In this document: one piece after another, positions 55,635 through 64,000 of the stretch
Numbering within the stretch: position 1 is the first letter of the stretch
Layout of the letters: every line of letters begins with the position of its first letter
From: Guillardia theta CCMP2712
Taxonomy: Eukaryota > Protista > Cryptophyta
DNA: 64,000 nt
Assembly: GCF_000315625.1 (NCBI RefSeq)
Contig: NW_005434637.1
Coordinates: 381,985-445,984 of the forward strand
Direction of reading: 5' to 3'
Translations under genes and position numbers: made by a program
The notes under the pieces: generated by a model
The model's database searches: none
What the model saw: only the letters and a program-made list of their open reading frames with translations
What the model was told of the DNA's origin: nothing

Positions 55635-58399
55635 ATATCACCACCCTCATCTTCATCGCTGCTGCTGCTGCCGCCACCACCACCACCACCACCATCGTTA
55701 TCAACAAACAACTCGGTCGCATTTATCATCATCATCATCATCATCATAACTTCAATCGTCATCAACACCACCACCACGATCTTTGACGTAACGTCATCCT
55801 CTTCAACTTCGTTCACCTTTCCCGTTCGCATCTTTATTGTCCATCACAGATACCTGCCAACATGAGTGACCACCGAGGGGCGCGTGCCAGCAGAGCACTA
55901 CATCTGCTGCTGTCAAGTTGTTGTTGTTCGGGATGAACGCGTTCGCTCCCATCTCGCAGAGGCGTTTGACCTGCCCTCAGAATCAGGAAGTGGAAATCTA
56001 CTCTTGAATCTTTTCTCCTCCTCTCTCCTCTCCTCCTCTCCTCCTCTCCTCCTGTTCTCCTCGTCCTTCTTCTCACCATTTCAAATTTCCCAGCCGCTGC
56101 TGCTGCATGTAGCGGCGTGTTTCCCTCTAAGTTCTTGGCGTCCAGTTTCATCTTACCCTGGCTCAGCAGAACCTCGACGCATTTCCTGCACTTGAGTTGG
56201 TAGAAGCCAGCAGCGGGAAGCGAAGTGAGGTGAGCAGGGACGCATGGGGAAAGTCCGTTCGACCGTCATGCAGATGGAGAGGCATACGAGCGCAGGGGAG
56301 GGAGCGGAGGTTGAGGACAGGGGAGAAGGGAGGAGGAGGAAAAGAACAGCAGAGAAGGGACTGGAGGTGAGCTCACGGATGTCCCAGCCTGGCAGCGAGA
56401 TGCAGCAGTGGACCTGGAAGAGTGAAATGACACCATGAGCGCCAGCGGCAGTCCACCTGACCTTCACGGTTGCTCGCTTTGAATCCTGCCTGGCAGAGGG
56501 TCGCAAGAGAAAGGTGGCAGTCCCTCTGGACGGCGAAGCGGAGGGCTGAGGATGTTAAGATCAGTTGTGACTTGATTGACGGCACACGAGGAATGGACCT
56601 GAATCAGCATATCCCCCAGTCTGTCTGAAGTTATTGGTTTTCTCACACAATTTTATCATGTTCTTCGAGCCTCCAATCAGCAGAGAAATTCAGAGGAAAC
56701 GAAGCAGACCTTGAGCGGAATCTTCTCCTGCTTTTCCACGGTGTAGAGGAGGTACTCGTTCATCTGCAAGCTCTGCCCCGGGGTGAGCGAAGGGAATTGC
56801 TTCTGCGAAATGTCAAGAGCAGATCGTATGCACGTGGATTTTCAGACCGATATGTTTTGAATTCGCAGATTGCGACGCTCGATATCCTTGATGCTCGCCA
56901 GACCGCAGGCATCAAACCAAGGTGATATGTATTGTCGTCCACCTGACAAAGCTCTGATGGGGAGGAGGAGTAGGAGGAGGAGGAGGAGGAGGAGGAGAAG
57001 GGGGAGGAGGTGGCGGTGGCGGTGGAGGATGGAAGAGAGTAGGAGAAGGAGGCACTTAGATAACCTTTGGTGCAAACGATGCTGTCGCACAGGCAAGCGA
57101 CCGCTGTGAAGTTCTTTTTGACCTTCAGAAAAACGAGGATCAATCAACGAAATCACATTGTGACGATGATAATATCCCAACCTTTCGAACTTGAGAAGGA
57201 GAAAATCCAAGATCAACCAGGAGAGTTTTGCACTTCTGTGATGTCAAAGGGGACGCTGGACGACATCCTCTTCAATCGTTCACCGACACAACAAGTTTGA
57301 CATACCGAGCTCCAATACACTGCCATTGCTCGTCTCATACCTCCTGTAAACCTTCATTGGTGGAGGTGCCTTCATGTGAGGTTATGTCAGCTTTACAGGA
57401 TATTGGCTCCGTCATGATAGACAAACCGATCTCGACCTTCGGAAGTAAACCCTGTTGGTGGACTTCAACTTGCTCTGAGGACCACAATCAGCTAGTTCAG
57501 CACAGGTACAGCCATGGATTACCGATCCAAAGTATCCCGCTTCTGTCGGAAGTTTAGTCTTGTCTCCTGCATGTTTCTTGAATGTCTTGGCCATCTTGCG
57601 GGAGAGTGAAACATTGAGGATGGGCGTCGCTTGATCCTCTGCCAACACAAGAACGTCGTACTGTCCACATCGTCATGGTACCAACAAGTCGCGTCAAAGT
57701 CACGAACCATGTCCTCATCGTCTCCTCCACTGGACATATCTGCCTTCCATGACTTATCAGGTTGATCTGCTGAGAGTTCAGACATGCTCTAGAGGCAAGC
57801 AGATGCGTACTGGGTTGACTTGTCGTTTTCGTGGAACCAGTCGCAGCATTCGTGGACGCCATTTGTTGCTCGTTGAATCTCTTCTGTTTCCTCTCCTGCA
57901 TCTTCATCATCTTGAGGATCTTCATCCTTCTCTTCAGCCCTTTCTGCCTCCTCGCCAGCTTCTTGCGAAGCTTCTCCTCCCTCTTCATTATGATCATCTG
58001 ATTGGCGGGGTGGAGTGAAGAGCGCCGGTCGATCCCTTCATACTCCTGCTGCAACGTCGGGTGCTCGAGCGGATCATCATTGAGCCACCGCATCACTTGC
58101 CAGTCCTTCTCCATCTTGGTCGGGACCTTCCTCCCCTCGCCATTGTCAACTTGGAAGTCAGAGCGATCGGTCAGCGGCTTGATGCGTTTCTCCATGGCCG
58201 ATGGGAACATCTTCCCCTTGAACTTCTTCCCTCCGCCGCGCAAGTTCAGGCGCACCATGGTCATGCGCAGTCTTGTCATTGTCGATACGGCGAGTTCCGA
58301 GTTGAACCCTGCTGCTTCCTCCATGGTGGAGGAGAACAGGGACAGACACACAAGCGCAAGTGCCACGTGCCCTGCCCCCCCGAAGTTCCAGAACCCCAT
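55363..58399 (-). CDS. Ankyrin-repeat protein with signal peptide and LNLRGG presequence
   Basis: Signal HVALALVCLSLFSS; ankyrin motif DAKNLEGNTPLHAAAAAGKFEM|VKRLCEMGAN. Confidence 0.7.
55543..55633 (+). repeat. (CAT)n microsatellite, intronic
   Basis: About 30 CAT units. Confidence 0.95.
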
Positions 58400-58896
58400 G
58401 GTGAGCACCGTCTGACTCGACGAGCTAGAGGATGCATGCCATGGTGGAGTGGATGCTTCGGTCTCCCCTGAGTACGCTAAGAGGTGAAGTCAAGGATGGC
58501 CTTATGGAGGAGAAGAATTGCTCAGAAGCATACTCGCTTTCAACTCCTCTCTCCTCTCTCCTCTCGAGCAGTCCGCCCTCTCCCGCTCTCTCCCTGTCCT
58601 GCTCTTTCACCATGTCATCCTGCTCCCTCATCCTCTCGGTCTCCTCCCAGTTATCAGCTGTTCATCCCTCCACCGCGGTCATGCCCGCCTGCATGCCCGC
58701 ACCGGACTGCGCACCGGACGCATCGCCCGGTTACGAGGGGGGATGCGGTAAACAGCGCCCCTCATCCCCTCTCTGCAAGCGGCTGTTCGCGCTCATGGTT
58801 CGCGCTATGGCGGAAAGCATGGATCAAGAGGAGGCAGCAGCGCCGCGAGCGATGCAGCCCTCGCCGCAAGATCCACTCATCTGCCATGCTCCAACC

Positions 58897-60024
58897 ATGC
58901 CGGCAGCTCGCAGGCGAATCACCATAGCCGTCTCTTCACTCCTAGCATGCGCGCTCGTTGCCTGCCTTTTGATCTCCCGGCAAGCCAAAACGTCCCTCCT
59001 ATCCGTGATCTTTCCGGGGAGCATCCTAGCGCGCGTACAACTCAGAGACTTGACGGCGATCAGGAACGCAGGCAGCGATGCCCATAACACTGTAGAGTGG
59101 GGGAGAGACTCTGCCATGAGAAAGGCAGCAGAGACGGACGTCGGAGTCCCAGGGTGGGAGCCAGGCCCCGACTACTACTCTACAAGGCGGTGGGACAACA
59201 TGGACGTCATGCCTTCGCACAAGTCACGATTCTTCGAACCGTACACTGGCAAGACAGGCTGCCCATCGTGTGACAACTCTGCATACTCCGGTCCTTACGT
59301 GATCTCAGTCTCAGATCGGTGTGACCACACCGCGGCGGTTTCTAACATCAAGATGCTGTTGAAGCCTCAGGACCACCTCGAGAAGATCCCCAACATCGCA
59401 GCCTCAAAGTACGAGGACTACACCTGGATCGAAAACCAGCTAGAGCTCACGACGCTGCTGTACTCTAAGGTCATCTACGTGGTCCCACCTTGCTTCTTTC
59501 CCACCATTTCCCGCCATGGATTGAACATCCTGGATCGATCAATATACACCAGAGGCAACAATATTCTGTTGCTCGGAGGATACAGCGGAGCCGATTTCCT
59601 CTCGAGGTTCCTTGCTGGCGATGATGGATATGGCTATGTCAGAACTGGAAACATAGACGAGTACTCCACGGAGAAGAGCAGGATGGACGTTGTGTGGAGT
59701 GAAGGACCGTTCTACATGCAGAACGATGCTACTACGACAGAGTTCTTCTATGGTCCGCGCTTGTTGGAAGGGTTGGGCGATGCAGGTTGTGCGTGCGGCA
59801 CTGTGGCGATTCCTGCCAGTGAGTTGCCGGAAAACACAGTCTTCTACTATATGGATCAGAACGACAATGCTGTGATCTTTGAGATCCCGGCAGGACAAGG
59901 TCGTATCCTATTCATTGGATATGACTACGGTGCGATCGTTCCTCATTGGTCTGACATCTTGCTTCTTGCTGAAAGAGAACTTGAGCTGCCGGAGCGCAGC
60001 GTCTCTGTAGTCACAGACTCATGA
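58897..60024 (+). CDS. Orphan intronless type-II membrane protein (ORF open from 58432)
   Basis: Signal-anchor RRRITIAVSSLLACALVACLLIS followed by a globular-looking domain (GNNILLLGG...GQGRILFIGYDY). Confidence 0.65.
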   Translation: MPAARRRITIAVSSLLACALVACLLISRQAKTSLLSVIFPGSILARVQLRDLTAIRNAGSDAHNTVEWGRDSAMRKAAETDVGVPGWEPGPDYYSTRRWDNMDVMPSHKSRFFEPYTGKTGCPSCDNSAYSGPYVISVSDRCDHTAAVSNIKMLLKPQDHLEKIPNIAASKYEDYTWIENQLELTTLLYSKVIYVVPPCFFPTISRHGLNILDRSIYTRGNNILLLGGYSGADFLSRFLAGDDGYGYVRTGNIDEYSTEKSRMDVVWSEGPFYMQNDATTTEFFYGPRLLEGLGDAGCACGTVAIPASELPENTVFYYMDQNDNAVIFEIPAGQGRILFIGYDYGAIVPHWSDILLLAERELELPERSVSVVTDS

Positions 60025-60241
60025 TGAACTCATGCCGTTACTATCCGATCTTTTAACTTTGCCGTATCTTCTCCATCAGTAAACATGAAAGTCATGCCAG
60101 CCTGTGACTATGATCGGACGGCGCGGCCGGCGGCCGGCGCCGGGCGGCACTGCCGCAGTCACCCGCCGGCGCAGCCTCCCGGGCTGGCGCCAGCACTGCT
60201 GGCACGTTCCGACGCCAGGCACTGCAAGCCGGCGGCGACCC

Positions 60242-60319
60242 GTGACGGAATACAAGTTCAAGGGTTAGACTTGTACTAGTCCAAAGTCACGCAGATATCA
60301 CATCGACCTTAGTTGTAAC
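60242..60319 (+). repeat. Dispersed repeat; second copy at 63865-63968
   Basis: Shared colinear blocks GTGACGGA, ACAAGTT, GTTAGAC, TTGTACT, CCAAAGTCACG, CAGATATCACAT, CGACCTTAGTTGTAAC. Confidence 0.85.
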
Positions 60320-60803
60320 CAGAATTGAGGAGCACATGAGAGATAGACTGTATGCTAGGATGTGAAACCCAAGCATCCAGACATGAGAGGACCTTACTGC
60401 GGCAAGACGGCTCAGCTAGGACTTGAAGCCCCCTCTTCGTCCCACACTGCACGTGGCTCTACGGCACGGAGCTCTGACCTGCATGCTCTACGCAGACTAC
60501 CTTGCTATAGTGGACAACGTAAGGAGGGTGTCCGGCGAAATAGGATGACTGCTATAGGTATCGGCCATCATGTGGGAGGGGCTGGGGTTTCATAGAAGAG
60601 GAAGATGGGCATGCGAAGTGAGTGCGGCCGGCCCCGGGGCCCCGCCGCCTGGTGCCCGCCAGGGTGCCGCTGTGCCCGGGCCGGCCCGGCCGCCGGGCCC
60701 GGCCAGCCCGGCCCGCCGGCCGCGGCCTGCCCGCCGGCCGGCTGGGCGTACTGTTTCACCATCATTCGTGGTACTCTTCCCATTCGTTCAGGTGGCCGCC
60801 GCC

Positions 60804-61376
60804 ATGGTTGCTGTGAATAGCCCATGGCTCACCCTGCTCGTCCTGCCAGCGATGATGAGAGGCTTCACTGAAGCGACAGCGCCTGCACTTGTGTCTCGAA
60901 CAAGCGCAGCTGTGCCATCTGCACATTTCTCGTCCTCTCCTATGAAGAACTTTGCAACCTCAATGCATCTCAGGGGAGGAGGGGAGCGGTACAGCCTCGG
61001 GCTGCGCGACTCAATAATGATCGCGCATTCATTCACTGGGAAGGAATTCGGTCCCGCACAGAACATGCATGGGGCGACGTATACTGTGGACGTGGAATTT
61101 CATGTGGAGAGCCTTGCTCCACGGTTGAATTGGGTTTTGGACATTGGGGAGGGAATGACGATGTTAAAGAAAGTTCTTGGGGAATACAACTTCAAAAATC
61201 TCAACGAGCTCTTTCCCGGAGAAAACACTACAACAGAATTCATGTGCAAGAAAATATTTGAGGGTCTTTGCGTGGAGTTGAAGGGCAAGTTCAAGGGGTC
61301 CATAACCGTGAAGTTGTGGGAGAGTCACAGTGCATGGGCTTCTTACACCAACGACATTGGTGCTGATGGCTGTTAA
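60804..61376 (+). CDS. 6-pyruvoyl-tetrahydropterin synthase / QueD-like T-fold protein with presequence ending in LRGG; intronless
   Basis: RDSIMIAHSF.G.EFGPAQNMHGATYTVDV, NLNE, NTTTEF, LWESHSAWASY. Confidence 0.88.
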   Translation: MVAVNSPWLTLLVLPAMMRGFTEATAPALVSRTSAAVPSAHFSSSPMKNFATSMHLRGGGERYSLGLRDSIMIAHSFTGKEFGPAQNMHGATYTVDVEFHVESLAPRLNWVLDIGEGMTMLKKVLGEYNFKNLNELFPGENTTTEFMCKKIFEGLCVELKGKFKGSITVKLWESHSAWASYTNDIGADGC

Positions 61377-61833
61377 CAATCACATTTCCCTTCTGCCACT
61401 CTCTATTTCCTGTTGACCTAGAAACCAATATTGTCAACCTGCAATAAACAATCACAACCAAGCACACCAAACGATCGCAATGTGTCCAAAGAAGTCCGTA
61501 CCCCCACGGCTTGATATATGCAGTCTATAATGCAAAGGGTAGGATGTCGATTTTGATTTTATCAAAAAGGCTAAAACCTTGTCAAGAAGGAAAGACTGAG
61601 GTCTGACTTGTTGTTGGATCACTCAAAAAATCACACATCACACATGAGGTAAGATGTGACTTGTATTCATTATTCAATGAATAAGGATATAGTCTACCCC
61701 GTGTTGAGAAATACCTCAGGGGTCAGCGATGACTCAAGTAAGAAGAATCTGAAATTACAAAGGCATTTATTTCATTCTTTGAATATCTTATTCTGTCAAA
61801 GTTAAGACTTCTCGTACATGATATCAAATTACA

Positions 61834-62016
61834 TCATAATTGTTGTATCTCGCCAAAGACATTGATAAACTCGCTTTTGCCAAGAATCAATTCAATGCTC
61901 CTTCTCAAGCTTGCAAGCTGCTTTTGCTTAGTGGAGCAAACTTCCGGACGCTTGAGAGGGGTCAAAGAAGCTTGGAAATGAGCAGTGATTGTGTTGATTT
62001 CAACCTTATTTGTCAT
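61834..62016 (-). CDS. 60-aa microprotein, paralog A
   Basis: MTNKVEINTITAHFQASLTPLKRPEVCSTKQKQLASLRRSIELILGKSEFINVFGEIQQL; similar along its length to the ORF at 62815-63006. Confidence 0.7.
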   Translation of the reverse strand: MTNKVEINTITAHFQASLTPLKRPEVCSTKQKQLASLRRSIELILGKSEFINVFGEIQQL

Positions 62017-62814
62017 GAGTACGACAACAGACAAAAGATTGTCTAATACGTGTCCGATTGATCTTTTCAAAAATGGCTGCGCACTGTACTCCAAGGAAAT
62101 CTGTAGGGCTTGACGAGAGCTTCTTGATATGAGATGAACAGTAAAAGATCTCTCCCTGGGTGACTGCGTTGAGAGGAAGGTACGGAAACAAGTTGGTCAA
62201 GCGCAAATGCAGTAAGAAGGAATGATAAGAACCAAGTGCCGAGAGACGTGGTGGGTGAGGACAGGGGAGCCAGACTGATGTAGATAAAGGGAACTTCGGA
62301 AGGACGTTAGAGGAAAAGAAAAAGCCCGATGGTCAGCACGCTGACTCGGTTCCATACTGCGTTCGATTCCGTACCCCTACCCGTATCTCCAGCATGAAAA
62401 TGTGGGGCACATATACCCCTCAGCCTTGCCGTTCCAGTGTTTTGTGACTCCAGAAGTACAGAAGAGTCCTTATGAGAAGGGTTGGGGTACATACCCCTAC
62501 CCCGAATTAATTGTCCATCACATGGGCAAATTGGGGTATGTGATGAGACCGTCAAACCACAATGGGGTTGCCCTGTTTAAATCGTGTTTTAATTGTGGCT
62601 GACAAAAAAAAACGGTGTCACTAGCTCTTTCTGTTTAAATTGACCCTCACCTACACATCCTTCCTCGTGCTCTGCCTCGTGCTCTCAACCCTCGCCCCTC
62701 TCTCACCCCCTCGCTGTGCCGGCGATCGGCAGATCTCTGCTGGCCCCTCAGTCAACGTTGCCCTCTCATCTGTTTCGGTCGTGTTGTCAAGCGTAGACTC
62801 GATCTAGAATCAAG

Positions 62815-63006
62815 ATGCAGAGCGGAGGGGAAGTTTCGGTTCTTCAGCCCATCACTACTGAGCTGCAAGGAGAGCAGAAGCCTCGCGAGCCCCCAACAGT
62901 CTCGTCTGTGAAGCAGAAGCAGCTTGCGAGCCTCAAGAGAAGCATTGAGCTGATTGTGAGCCGTAGCCATTTTGTCGATGCACTTGGCGAGATCCAGAGG
63001 CTATGA
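62815..63006 (+). CDS. 63-aa microprotein, paralog B
   Basis: MQSGGEVSVLQPITTELQGEQKPREPPTVSSVKQKQLASLKRSIELIVSRSHFVDALGEIQRL; same stop position as paralog A. Confidence 0.7.
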   Translation: MQSGGEVSVLQPITTELQGEQKPREPPTVSSVKQKQLASLKRSIELIVSRSHFVDALGEIQRL

Positions 63007-64000
63007 TGGAAAACTCGTCGAAGGGATGTATGAAAGAGTTGGGAGGTGTTGTGATAAGTAAATAAAGAGATAATATAATTCTTATCATGAAGTGTAGTGA
63101 GACAACAAGACAAAGCGATGATTCCATGATATCGTTGTCTATTTGTGCTATCAGATTCGAATCAAGATGTTCTCCTGGTCCCCTGCTCTGAGAGATGTAG
63201 AATATCACGATAAAACTTTGGAGTTCCATGATTTCCCCATTCTTACAGCTTGATAATAATTGGGGCCGGGACATTTTGTATTATTTGTGTCAAGATCCGA
63301 TTTAAACGAGAGCTACCACTGTTATGAAATAAAACTTTACAAACTTCAATCCAAACTCTACAGGGTACTGATGCAGCTTTCTTATCAAGCCCAAACTTAG
63401 GCAAAACACCTTTGCCAAAACTGCCGATTCCGTGAGACTCGGGGGTCTGGAGCCTCACAAGCCCGACATCACTTAACTCGCTGCCATTTAATCCCAAACT
63501 TGTCATCATCGGAATGTTTCAGACTTTCCGACTCGACATGGGCATATAGAGGGACTTCAATGGCGCGAGAAACTAGAAGAATGGCTGTTGAGTTTGCCAA
63601 AAATACCCTAAATATGAGTCAGCTTTGCTATGGGATCCGACAATGATGACTCGCCCGGCCGTTTGGCCAGTGCGACAGTCACTGAGTGTCAAGCCTTGAA
63701 GGTCAAGCCTCCTCGACTCTCCTGATTGTCCTCGTACTGATTTTAACTTAACTTTGAGTAAAGTACTCGATGGCGGGGGCCGGCTCTCCGTGCACTGGCG
63801 CATCAAGCGGCCCTTAAAGGTACCGTACCGTCCGAGTCACCGTTGCTCAGCCTGGCAGTGTACGGTGACGGAGCACAAGTTTGTTAGACTCAGCGTCAGG
63901 GGCTTGTACTCAGATCAGTGCCAAAGTCACGCCGCAGATATCACATTCGAGTCGACCTTAGTTGTAACTTGAAGACAGTTCTTGCTCAAGACCGAGTTTA

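Noticed and set aside
63060-63600. Possible minus-strand gene with CPGPNYY (SHIPPO-like) motif
   Set aside because: Only one motif, and I could not build a consistent start or splice model.

Overview
This is eukaryotic nuclear DNA, not a prokaryotic window. It is gene-dense, with many short (~40-60 nt) GT-AG introns, other introns filled with GGA/CCT/CAT microsatellites, and one 631-N assembly gap. The intron style and bipartite (signal + transit) presequences point to a cryptophyte alga such as Guillardia theta (inference). Most ORF-track entries are exon fragments or antisense noise, so I spliced genes by hand. Recognisable genes are PIF1 helicase, plastid-type ClpS, a PH-domain + cyclic-nucleotide-binding K+ channel, a U2AF65-like factor, eIF2A, a PKD2/TRPP channel, NADK2, DTWD2, MEMO1, a GT4 glycosyltransferase, an ankyrin protein and a bacterial-type PTPS/QueD-like protein, plus several orphans. 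The main unexplained signals are: (1) a ubiquitin-tail-like LRGG motif in four unrelated signal-peptide proteins; (2) two separate head-to-head duplicated small-protein gene pairs with ~0.8 kb spacers, one nearly identical and one diverged; (3) GC-rich palindromic-word islands near gene starts, with a repeat whose copies differ mainly by short insertions; (4) a possible new intron inside an AG|GT-containing tandem repeat.
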